Source: Candidatus Micrarchaeota archaeon (GTDB lineage: Archaea; Micrarchaeota; Micrarchaeia; Anstonellales; Bilamarchaeaceae). Taken from it: a stretch of DNA of 10,464 bases. How positions within the stretch are numbered: position 1 is the first letter of the stretch; each line of letters begins with the position of its first letter. The stretch lies in NCBI GenBank assembly GCA_040754495.1, contig JBFMCO010000001.1, positions 1 through 10,464 of the forward strand, written 5' to 3'. The translations under genes and the position numbers were made by a program. Under the pieces are notes generated by a model that saw only the letters and a program-made list of their open reading frames with translations, was not told the DNA's origin and did not search any database. Shown in pieces: positions 1 to 7,896 of this stretch.

Positions 1-60
1 TCTCAGCATAGAATCCACGTCTAATTAGCCGGTGTTGCCGATATATGTAAAACAGTAATC

Positions 61-68
61 TATTAAAA
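61..68 (+). promoter_or_regulatory. Putative archaeal TATA box for the membrane-protein operon (leaderless start at 92)
   Basis: TATTAAAA at 61-68 lies 31-24 nt before ATG 92, the spacing expected of a leaderless archaeal transcript, in an AT-rich patch of a GC-rich window. A second TATA-like string (TATATAAA, 81-88) is too close to ATG 92 to serve it. Confidence 0.4.
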
Positions 69-91
69 AGCAGACCGGGCTATATAAATCC

Positions 92-1369
92 ATGGAGGTT
101 CTGCTGCCGTTACTCCTTACGTTGCCTCCGGCATCGGGCGCCATGATCGCCCTCGCCCTGGGCCTGGGGGTGCTCATGGTCGGCGGCATGTTCATGATAG
201 CATACGGGATGCAGAACCCCCAGCTCGTCGCCCTTGCGAGGGAGGAGCTGGCCGCCCTGATTTTCTCGGTCATCATCCTCATGTTCTTCATCGGCTCTGA
301 CACCATGCTCAACAGCATCGTAAGCGGCATCGTAGTGTCAACGCTGCCGCCGGATTTGCAGGGCTTTGCAGGCACGGCCACTCTCGGCGGCCTCACGCAG
401 AGCCATCTCAACCTGGCCCTGGCCTCCCTCGGCCTCATAGAGGAGAAGCTCAAGGACCAGTACAAGGACCTCTACATGTTCGAGATGCTGATAGGGTTCC
501 TCTCGACAATCAGCTTCCCGCTCGGCTCCCCGGTCCCGGCGGTCAACGTCATATCATTCTCGCTCGCACCCTTCACGGGCCTCAGCCTCCTCAGCCAGGC
601 GCACACCGTGATAGTCGAATCCATAGGCTACCTCATAACCGTGCTCTGGGCCAAGCAGTTCATACTCATATTCGCGCGCGACGCCGTCCCCATTCTCCTC
701 TTCCCGCTCGGCCTCGTGCTGCGGGTCATCCCCTTCTTCAGGAGGACCGGCTCCAGCGTCATAGCCGTGGCCTTCGCGATGTACTTCATCATGCCGTTTG
801 CCATCATACTCTCCAACTACCTCATCTTCGACGTGTTCAGGCCCGCGGATTTCGCCTACACGCCGAGCGCCGCGAGCTATTTCGGCACCGAGAGGAGCAG
901 GGACCAGGTCCACGGCCAGATCAACGAGGGCCGCGAGGGCGAGGCCGCGCACAACATGCTTGACCAGTTCTTCTCCCCGAGCGTGGTGGGAGAAGCCTCC
1001 GACGACGCCTCGGACGAGTGCTCGGGCAACGCCATTGTCCGGATGCTGTGCAGCGTGAAGAACGTCGTGTCCAGCGCCTTCACCGTCATAAGCGGCTTCG
1101 TCAGGACGGTCTGGAACATATGGAGGTTCATGGTGGGCATGACCGGGGACTTCTTCTGGACCGCGTTCAACAACCCGCTCATGCCGGCAAGCGCCTCGGC
1201 CGGGCTCTTCCATTTCATCATACAGGAGGTAGCCCTAATCAGCCCCTTCATCATCCTCGTGATGCTCACCACAGTGCTTGAAATCATCATAACAGTCACC
1301 GGATACCGGAGCATCGCGCTCCTCATCGGCGGCGAAGCCGAGATAGTGGGCCTTACGAAGGTGGTGTAG
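92..1369 (+). CDS. Multi-pass membrane protein, paralog 1 of 6 (uncharacterised; possibly CedA/VirB6-like), 425 aa
   Basis: Long ORF with strong GC3 bias and several hydrophobic segments. N-terminal hairpin MIAYGMQNPQLVALAREELAALIFS, core motif FPLGLVLRVIPFFRRTG (R codon at 722), C-terminal tail IGGEAEIVGLTKVV. Stop TAG 1367-1369 abuts the next ATG at 1370. Confidence 0.85.
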   Translation: MEVLLPLLLTLPPASGAMIALALGLGVLMVGGMFMIAYGMQNPQLVALAREELAALIFSVIILMFFIGSDTMLNSIVSGIVVSTLPPDLQGFAGTATLGGLTQSHLNLALASLGLIEEKLKDQYKDLYMFEMLIGFLSTISFPLGSPVPAVNVISFSLAPFTGLSLLSQAHTVIVESIGYLITVLWAKQFILIFARDAVPILLFPLGLVLRVIPFFRRTGSSVIAVAFAMYFIMPFAIILSNYLIFDVFRPADFAYTPSAASYFGTERSRDQVHGQINEGREGEAAHNMLDQFFSPSVVGEASDDASDECSGNAIVRMLCSVKNVVSSAFTVISGFVRTVWNIWRFMVGMTGDFFWTAFNNPLMPASASAGLFHFIIQEVALISPFIILVMLTTVLEIIITVTGYRSIALLIGGEAEIVGLTKVV

Positions 1370-2947
1370 ATGAGGCACGCGCTCCTGTTCATCCTGTTGG
1401 CCGCCCTTTCGATGGGCCAGCCCTTCTTCACCGAGCAGCCCAGGGAGCCGACGACGACCGTCATAGACCAGGTGACGGTGATAATGCAGATAATCATCCC
1501 CCTGATGCTCACCTTAGTCGCCGTCGCGGTCGCCGTCTACATGGCCGGCCAGATGTTCGGGGCCGAGACGCGCGCCCGGGCCACGGTGTGGGCGCACGGC
1601 GTGCTGGTCGCGGTGGGCATTTCCGCGGCGATGATAGCGGCGGTTTACATCGTCCTTCCGGGCTTCTTCAGCGGAAACATAACCGACTTCGACGTCGTCC
1701 AGAAAATCGTCCAGCTCCGGAACCTGGCCGCATCGGTCCTGGTCGCCCTCACCCTCGTCCTCGTAATCGTGGCCGGAGCGGTCTATGCGGCCGGCATGAT
1801 GGCAGGGGCCGAGACGCGAGCCAGGGCCAGCGCATGGTCGTCCGGCCTCATCAGCGGCGCGATTTTCACATCCGTCCTGTACGTGCTCATCGGCCAGCTG
1901 TTCCCGGCTGCCGGCGGTGCATTGGAGGCAGCCCTGGCAGTGGCGATTCCCGGAGCGCCTGCTGGCCTCGGCCTGTACGCATTCACCGTCGTGCAGATAG
2001 TCGCGTTCGTGGCCTTTTTCATCCTGATAACCTATCTCATGTCGAAGGTCTTCAAGGTTCCTGAGTGGGAGGCATACCTCAGCATAGAGCTCTCCAGCCT
2101 CATGAGCTCGTTCCTCCTGGTCTTCTTCGTGCTCGGCATGTTCGCGGTTGGGAGCGCAGTGGTCATGGTCTACAGCGGCGGGGGCACCACCAGCCCGCCG
2201 CAGGCGGCCATCGGCTTCATGCAGGGGACGGTCGTGGACAGCACGCTCATGGCTACCATCGACGTCTACAAGATACAGGCATGCACCTCCATCCTCTCCA
2301 CGTTCTCGAGGCGTATCGGCGAGTTCGTGCTCACGCAGACCTACAAGGTCTTCCCCGGCCTCGACACCTTCGTCTCGATAACAAACGTCCTGGGGTTCAC
2401 ACTTCTCTCGCTCTACAACACGGCGAAGGTGCAGGTAATCCTCATGTACGTTGTCGACTCCTTCGTCCTCCCGTTCATACTCCCGGCGGGGCTGGTGCTG
2501 AGGTTCTTCCCGCCGACAAGGGACGCCGGCGCCTTCCTGATAGCGCTCTCCTTCGGCTTCTACGTGGTCTTCCCCCTGACATACCTCCTGAACGCGAAGA
2601 TATTCGAGGAGGTGGGCGCAAGGGCATACAACGCGCCAGGGGAGCGTCCTGCCGCCCTCATCCAGTCGCTCTGCGGGCCCTTCAAGTACGGGGTGGCGGG
2701 CTTCCTGTTCAACCCGAGCGCCAACCCCATCTACGGCCTGATACCCGGCGGAGCAGTCGTAGGCAACGCCCTCTCAAGAATAGTGTCGGAGGGACTCCTG
2801 AACGCAATCTCCATGGCGGAATTCATCCCCATAATGAAGCATATCGGAAACCTCTCCCTGCTGGCCCTTTTCATGCCGGCGCTCTCGATGATGGTCACTA
2901 TAGCCTTCATAAACGCTATGACCAAATTCATAGTATCAAAGGTGTGA
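1370..2947 (+). CDS. Multi-pass membrane protein, paralog 2 of 6, with signal peptide and two extra N-terminal pilin-like (VirB2/TrbC/CedA1-type) hairpin repeats, 525 aa
   Basis: Signal-peptide-like start MRHALLFILLAALSMG. Two repeats, VYMAGQMFGAETRARATVW and VYAAGMMAGAETRARASAW. Core motif LPAGLVLRFFPPTRDAG (R codon at 2501). Lacks the GG-x-x-x-I-x-GL tail. The CDS is well supported; the pilin-like label is inference. Confidence 0.85.
   Translation: MRHALLFILLAALSMGQPFFTEQPREPTTTVIDQVTVIMQIIIPLMLTLVAVAVAVYMAGQMFGAETRARATVWAHGVLVAVGISAAMIAAVYIVLPGFFSGNITDFDVVQKIVQLRNLAASVLVALTLVLVIVAGAVYAAGMMAGAETRARASAWSSGLISGAIFTSVLYVLIGQLFPAAGGALEAALAVAIPGAPAGLGLYAFTVVQIVAFVAFFILITYLMSKVFKVPEWEAYLSIELSSLMSSFLLVFFVLGMFAVGSAVVMVYSGGGTTSPPQAAIGFMQGTVVDSTLMATIDVYKIQACTSILSTFSRRIGEFVLTQTYKVFPGLDTFVSITNVLGFTLLSLYNTAKVQVILMYVVDSFVLPFILPAGLVLRFFPPTRDAGAFLIALSFGFYVVFPLTYLLNAKIFEEVGARAYNAPGERPAALIQSLCGPFKYGVAGFLFNPSANPIYGLIPGGAVVGNALSRIVSEGLLNAISMAEFIPIMKHIGNLSLLALFMPALSMMVTIAFINAMTKFIVSKV
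1490..1906 (+). repeat. Two tandem intragenic repeats, 82 aa (246 nt) apart, in paralog 2
   Basis: GGGGCCGAGACGCGCGCCCGGGCCA at 1559-1583 versus GGGGCCGAGACGCGAGCCAGGGCCA at 1805-1829, both encoding GAETRARA between two hydrophobic helices. The outer boundaries given are approximate. Confidence 0.85.
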
Positions 2948-2948
2948 C

Positions 2949-4391
2949 ATGGCATTCCTGGACCTCTGGACGAGCTGGCTTTGGTTCGCGGGCATTTCGC
3001 TCGGCCTAGCCACGATACTCTCCGCCATAGTCTGGATGCTCTCCGAGCTGCTGCAGAACGACAAGATGAAGGGCTGGGCCAAGATGGAGCTTACCGAGGT
3101 GGTCTATTCGGCCATCATCATCTCTATGGCGGTCACCGGCCTCCCGCTCATAGACGGCGTCGTGCAGGGTGCGCTCGGCGTCTCGAACGTGGGCGGCACG
3201 GGCGGGGGGATGCCCGGCTGCGCCGGGAGCCCTACGAGCTTCTGGATTCCGACCACCGACTACGGGACGTTCAACACGGTCCAGCGCTACGAGTGCCTGG
3301 ACATATGCGGCGAGGCCATCGCGGCGAGCAACATCTCCGTCTATCACGGCGTCGAGTCCTGCCACCTGCGCCTCGGCATATGGTACCTGCGCGAGGTCTT
3401 CGACGAGGCCAAGACGTTCATCTTCGACATCTACCTCAGCTACATCAAGACCTCCATGATAGCCGAGTTCACGATAAACATAGAGTTCCTCTTCGAGAAG
3501 GCCGGCTTCTTCACCTTCACCCCCTGGAAGGGCTTCTACACGATGGGCAACAAGGTGAAGGAGCTCGTCTTCGACTGGACGATAAAGCTGATGATGCTGA
3601 CGAAATTCCAGGAGGTCATGCTCCGCTTCATAGCCACCGCCCTCTTCCCAGCCCTCTTCGTGGCCGGGGCGATGCTGCGCACCTTCACATTCACGCGCCG
3701 CCTCGGCGGCCTGCTCCTTGCGATGGCCATAGCGCTGTATTTCGTGTTCCCGGCCTTCTATTCGTTCGGCGCGCTGATAATGCTGGATTTGAAGAACGAC
3801 CCGCAGGTAAGGGACGCGTGGGCCAACAGCGATACCAATCCCGGCTACAGCAGCCCCACCCTCACCCCCGCCGATTTCCCGGACCCGCCGATTGCCAACA
3901 CCATGTACCTGAGGGGCGACATACCGATGCCGGGCGGAGGGAGGACGAACTTCACCTCCGATGAGGCGAGGGCGCAGCTGCGCAACTACGAGGGCATGAG
4001 TTCCACGGAGTACTACCAGATGATGGAGCAGGCAAGGGACAGCCAGGGCAATGCCCTTATGCCCATGACCGACCCCACCACCGGCAGGATGACGGACCTC
4101 TCCAGCCGCGCGCATGCCACGGCCACAGAGGCCGAGCAGAACGAGTCACTCGCCCGCGCGAGGGCCGAGGCCGACAACTGGTTCGGCAGCGTCTCGCGCG
4201 AGAGCAAGCTCGACAAGTTCATTAATTTCGCATGGGAGCCGAACGGCCCGCTGGACACCCTGGGCCGCCTGACCTTCTGGTCGGTGTTCTTCGCGCTCTT
4301 CGGGATAATCGGGACGATTGCGGCAATCCGGTCGCTCTCGGTCACATTCGGAGGCGACATCGAGATCGCCGGTCTTACGAGGCTGATATGA
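2949..4391 (+). CDS. Multi-pass membrane protein, paralog 3 of 6, with large hydrophilic loops, 480 aa
   Basis: Hairpin VWMLSELLQNDKMKGWAKMELTEVVYS. Cys-containing loop (GCAG...ECLDICG...SCHL). Core motif FVAGAMLRTFTFTRRLG (R codon at 3678). Hydrophilic insert of about 150 aa. Tail FGGDIEIAGLTRLI. 1-nt gap from the previous stop. Confidence 0.85.
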   Translation: MAFLDLWTSWLWFAGISLGLATILSAIVWMLSELLQNDKMKGWAKMELTEVVYSAIIISMAVTGLPLIDGVVQGALGVSNVGGTGGGMPGCAGSPTSFWIPTTDYGTFNTVQRYECLDICGEAIAASNISVYHGVESCHLRLGIWYLREVFDEAKTFIFDIYLSYIKTSMIAEFTINIEFLFEKAGFFTFTPWKGFYTMGNKVKELVFDWTIKLMMLTKFQEVMLRFIATALFPALFVAGAMLRTFTFTRRLGGLLLAMAIALYFVFPAFYSFGALIMLDLKNDPQVRDAWANSDTNPGYSSPTLTPADFPDPPIANTMYLRGDIPMPGGGRTNFTSDEARAQLRNYEGMSSTEYYQMMEQARDSQGNALMPMTDPTTGRMTDLSSRAHATATEAEQNESLARARAEADNWFGSVSRESKLDKFINFAWEPNGPLDTLGRLTFWSVFFALFGIIGTIAAIRSLSVTFGGDIEIAGLTRLI

Positions 4392-4453
4392 TGGAAAGAA
4401 CCGCTTATGCATCCCTGGCGTGGTTCTTTCGGGCTCCACATGAGGCACACAGC

Positions 4454-5686
4454 ATGAAAATGCGGATGCTCGCCCTCCTCCTGCTTATCGCGCCCGCCCT
4501 GCTGGCCACCGACGACGGCTCGCTGAGCGGCTTCTACAACAACACCACCACCTTCATCAGCGGGCAGGGGAGGGACTTCGTCGACGCCTACGGCACGGCC
4601 GGCAGCACCGTCCCGACGACTTTCACGTCCGTCTACGACGCCTTCGGGCCCGGGCAGTGCGGGGACGACTGGATTAACGCCTCGGCCGGGATATCAGGCG
4701 TCATAGGGCTGTGGTACGCGCCTGCAATCCTCGTGACATTCACCGTCCTCCTCGGGGTGGCGATAATCTACATGTGGGGGCAGGTGTTCAACTCCCCCCC
4801 GATGACAGCCCTGGCCAAGGACGAGCTCTTCCAGACCGCGCTCACGGTCGTCCGCGTCGCATTCCTGATAGGGATGCTGGGCGCCGGGGACATCTGGTAC
4901 CAGGTGGGTGCATTGGGGACCTCAGGCACCGACCAGATATACGGCAACCCCAACAACCGCTCGATGATGGACGCGGCGATGGCGTTTGCCAGGCTGATGG
5001 TCAGCGACATGGTCAACCACTACAGCATCCTTATCATGTACAACATGGTCATACACACGCTCTACTCGTCCACGATGTGGGTCGGCGTCACCTGGCGCGC
5101 CATGTACTCGTTCAACCTCGGTCCGGTCCTCAAGCCCCTCGTAGACATCGTAGGGAGCGCTCTCCAGTATCTCTCGCTAGGGATAAGCGAGTGGATGCTC
5201 CACATAGTGACCCTCTGCCTGATAAAGAAATGGACATGGGTCCTGTTCATCCCGATGAGCATGCTCCTCCGCGCATTCCCCTACACGAGAAGCGCGGGCG
5301 AGGCGCTTTTTGCGCTGTGCTTCGCACTGGCCCTGTTCTACCCGTTCATGTTCGTGTTCGATTACGAGGTCCACAAGATCATGAAGTACAACCTCGTGGA
5401 CTCGCAGAAGGCGATGAGCAGCTTCCTGCACAAGAGCGGCATCCTGAGCGTGTTCGGGGCGGCTATAGTGATGATGTTCCTGATGGCAGGGGTTTTCATG
5501 CCATTCTTCCTCGGAGGCGCGCTCACGCTCGCCTTCGAGCTCATACGCAGCGCCGTCTATTACATAGTGATAATGAGCATATTCATGCCATTCATCAATA
5601 TTTTCGTGACGCTCACGGCTGCCAAGGAGATAGCCAACTTCTTCAGAGTGGACGTGAATTTCATGTCGTTCCTGCGGATAATATGA
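4454..5686 (+). CDS. Multi-pass membrane protein, paralog 4 of 6, with signal peptide, about 410 aa (start revised from the ORF track's 4232)
   Basis: ATG 4454 follows GAGG (4442-4445) and gives a signal peptide, MKMRMLALLLLIAPALLA. In-frame ATGs at 4388/4391 overlapping the upstream stop are alternatives. Hairpin IYMWGQVFNSPPMTALAKDELFQTAL, core motif IPMSMLLRAFPYTRSAG (R codon at 5270), degenerate tail FRVDVNFMSFLRII. Confidence 0.8.
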   Translation: MKMRMLALLLLIAPALLATDDGSLSGFYNNTTTFISGQGRDFVDAYGTAGSTVPTTFTSVYDAFGPGQCGDDWINASAGISGVIGLWYAPAILVTFTVLLGVAIIYMWGQVFNSPPMTALAKDELFQTALTVVRVAFLIGMLGAGDIWYQVGALGTSGTDQIYGNPNNRSMMDAAMAFARLMVSDMVNHYSILIMYNMVIHTLYSSTMWVGVTWRAMYSFNLGPVLKPLVDIVGSALQYLSLGISEWMLHIVTLCLIKKWTWVLFIPMSMLLRAFPYTRSAGEALFALCFALALFYPFMFVFDYEVHKIMKYNLVDSQKAMSSFLHKSGILSVFGAAIVMMFLMAGVFMPFFLGGALTLAFELIRSAVYYIVIMSIFMPFINIFVTLTAAKEIANFFRVDVNFMSFLRII

Positions 5687-5689
5687 GGT
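5685..5689 (+). promoter_or_regulatory. Shine-Dalgarno-like GAGGT overlapping the paralog 4 stop codon, serving ATG 5696
   Basis: Sequence ATA-TGA-GGT-AATGAT-ATG: GAGGT ends 6 nt before ATG 5696. Confidence 0.55.
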
Positions 5690-5695
5690 AATGAT

Positions 5696-6832
5696 ATGGC
5701 GATGCTGACACCAGGGGAAATCGTGGCCGGAAGCGCTTCGCTTCCAGGGAGCGAGTTCTACCTCTGGACGTACGCCCTCCTGGCCGTGGGGGCGCTCATG
5801 GTATCCATCGTCCTCCTCGCGTTCATCTACCTGTGGGGCACCCTTTTCAGGAACGCCCAGCTCATCGCCTATGTGAAATCCGAGATGTACGAGCTCGTCG
5901 TCACGGCGGTGCTGATACCGATGATATACGGCGCGGTGGCGGCCATGGGCACGCTGACAATCGGCTCCTTCGTCCCGGCCGAGATGACGCCGGAAGACCC
6001 CGGGGGCGTGGGGACGACCTCGAGCACGCTCATCTACGACGCCGCGGCGCACTACTTCATGCGCGTCGAGCGGGACATGAGCGGATGGCTGGAGATGAAC
6101 TACATCATGAACATGTACGTCGACCAGGTCGCGTCCGTGACGCCGTACGCGAGGCCGCTCGGCGTCGGCCTGGTGGCCTCTCCGATGGCCGGCCTCGCCT
6201 CCCCCCTGAAGCAGCTCCTCTACAACATGAGCGTCGCCCTCTCGCTCGCCTTCGTGATAAACCACGCCCAGCTCGTGGTCTACGTCTTCTCAGTCCACGC
6301 GTTCCTCAAATACTACCTCCCGGTAGGGATATTCCTGCGGGCGTTCACGCCGACGCGCAGGCTCGGCGGGACGCTCATAGGCGTGTCGCTCGCATTCCTG
6401 TTTGTTTTCCCGGCCGTATCGGTCATAACCTATACGATGTTCTACAACAAGGGAGGGGGGCCGCTCGTCACCTTCCGCGGCATGCTCTCGCAGTACATGA
6501 GCGACGGGTGCGACCCGGAGTCCGCCCCGGACAGCATGTGCTTCTCCGGGCATTTCAGCCGGTTCTACGACCGGAACTTCAGCGGCATAGGCGGCGGCGT
6601 CATAGACCTGATAAGCGGCGTGGTCGGCGGCATCGGGAGCCTGCTCCAGAGCGTGGTGGGGAACCTGTTCCTGCTGCTGATGATATTCCCCATATCTGTC
6701 ATCAGTTGGGCATTCGCCATAGGATTCATCGTGCCGGCGTTCAACGTCATCATATTCACGCAGGCGGCAAAGTCGCTCAGCAAGAGCTTCGGGGAAGAGG
6801 TTGACATAAGCTCGCTAACGAGGATGATTTAG
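5696..6832 (+). CDS. Multi-pass membrane protein, paralog 5 of 6, 378 aa
   Basis: Hairpin IYLWGTLFRNAQLIAYVKSEMYELVVT, core motif LPVGIFLRAFTPTRRLG (R codon at 6338), Cys pair GCDPESAPDSMC, tail FGEEVDISSLTRMI. SD-like GAGGT upstream. Confidence 0.85.
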   Translation: MAMLTPGEIVAGSASLPGSEFYLWTYALLAVGALMVSIVLLAFIYLWGTLFRNAQLIAYVKSEMYELVVTAVLIPMIYGAVAAMGTLTIGSFVPAEMTPEDPGGVGTTSSTLIYDAAAHYFMRVERDMSGWLEMNYIMNMYVDQVASVTPYARPLGVGLVASPMAGLASPLKQLLYNMSVALSLAFVINHAQLVVYVFSVHAFLKYYLPVGIFLRAFTPTRRLGGTLIGVSLAFLFVFPAVSVITYTMFYNKGGGPLVTFRGMLSQYMSDGCDPESAPDSMCFSGHFSRFYDRNFSGIGGGVIDLISGVVGGIGSLLQSVVGNLFLLLMIFPISVISWAFAIGFIVPAFNVIIFTQAAKSLSKSFGEEVDISSLTRMI

Positions 6833-6834
6833 GG

Positions 6835-7893
6835 ATGGTGGACTTCACAAGCAGCTTCTACGGATATGACGACTGGAAGACGATATCCATAGGAGCGGCA
6901 GCCATCTCAATCATCGGCTCGGCGGCCCTCATCATGCTCTCCCGCCTCTTCAGCCTGCGCAGCCTGGAGCAGGTCGCGAAGACCGAGTTCGTCTATGCCG
7001 CATCCACCGTGCTCATCGTCATCATGGCGGTGGGCATGATACAGATAGCCGAGCCCCGCCTCGCCGGCCCGGACAACAGCCTCGCCCGCTGCCTCTACCT
7101 CGCCTCCTTCGGGCTCAACTGCACCGACCCTGCCACGTTCACCAACCAGACGACGCTCATAGACTGGATGAAGCTCTACATGGCGACGCCCACGAAATGC
7201 GTGCAGACGTTCATGAACGTCCTCTACGCCCTGGAAGTGCCCATAGCCGCCATGACCTCGGTGTACATGGAGATATTCATGAGCGAGCACGCCTCGGGCT
7301 TCGGCGTGAAGTGGATAGAGGAGCGCATCATGAACGCGACGGCGTCGTTCTCGTTCTACATGTACATGTTCTACCTCATGGTCCATGTGCTCAATTTCAT
7401 CAAGTTCTACGCCGGGTTCTTCTTCTCCATAGGCGTAGCCCTGCGTGCCTTCCCGCCGACCCGCGGCGCAGGCGCGTACCTGATGGCCATCTCCTTCGGC
7501 CTCTACTTCGTCTTCCCCCTCGCCTACATCCTGATAGCCACGCTCGGCCTCCCGCACGCGCAGTCCAACATCCTTTCCTTCAGCTCGAGCGCCGCAGGAG
7601 GGCCCGAATACATCTGCGCGCTTCCGGAAGTGCCCGACATCCAGCCCTACGCGTGCGGCACGGCGGACCCGAGCCGCTTCATGGAGTTCCGCGACGTCAT
7701 CCTCGCGAACCGGGCCCAGCTCGGCGACATGCTCACCCTGCGCCTGCCCGACTTCGAGCGCAACCTCGCCCACTCTATATGCATATTCCCGATGATCGCG
7801 TTCGTGGTGCTCCTGACGTTCGTCCTCAACGGCACCAACCTCTTCGGCGGGAACATCCCGGAGATAGGGCGCGGGCTGGTAAAACTGATATAG
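6835..7893 (+). CDS. Multi-pass membrane protein, paralog 6 of 6, 352 aa
   Basis: Hairpin LIMLSRLFSLRSLEQVAKTEFVYAAST, core motif FSIGVALRAFPPTRGAG (R codon at 7444), several loop cysteines, tail FGGNIPEIGRGLVKLI. 2-nt gap from the previous stop. Confidence 0.85.
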   Translation: MVDFTSSFYGYDDWKTISIGAAAISIIGSAALIMLSRLFSLRSLEQVAKTEFVYAASTVLIVIMAVGMIQIAEPRLAGPDNSLARCLYLASFGLNCTDPATFTNQTTLIDWMKLYMATPTKCVQTFMNVLYALEVPIAAMTSVYMEIFMSEHASGFGVKWIEERIMNATASFSFYMYMFYLMVHVLNFIKFYAGFFFSIGVALRAFPPTRGAGAYLMAISFGLYFVFPLAYILIATLGLPHAQSNILSFSSSAAGGPEYICALPEVPDIQPYACGTADPSRFMEFRDVILANRAQLGDMLTLRLPDFERNLAHSICIFPMIAFVVLLTFVLNGTNLFGGNIPEIGRGLVKLI

Positions 7894-7896
7894 CTG

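Noticed and set aside
1-60. Possible divergent gene starting at ATG 9 on the minus strand (M-L-R...) with a TATA-like element near 42-51
   Set aside because: Only three codons are visible, so it cannot be supported. It is worth checking in the adjacent window as a possible partner ATPase or pilin gene.
4232-4453. ORF-track start of paralog 4 at 4232
   Set aside because: It would overlap the conserved C-terminal tail of paralog 3 by 160 nt with junk-like sequence. ATG 4454 (SD plus signal peptide) or 4388/4391 is more plausible.
2065-6804. Long alternative + strand ORFs (2065-3009, 2981-3964, 4711-5691, 5833-6804)
   Set aside because: Arg/Pro/His-rich shadow frames of GC3-biased hydrophobic genes, fully overlapping better-supported CDSs and with no motifs.
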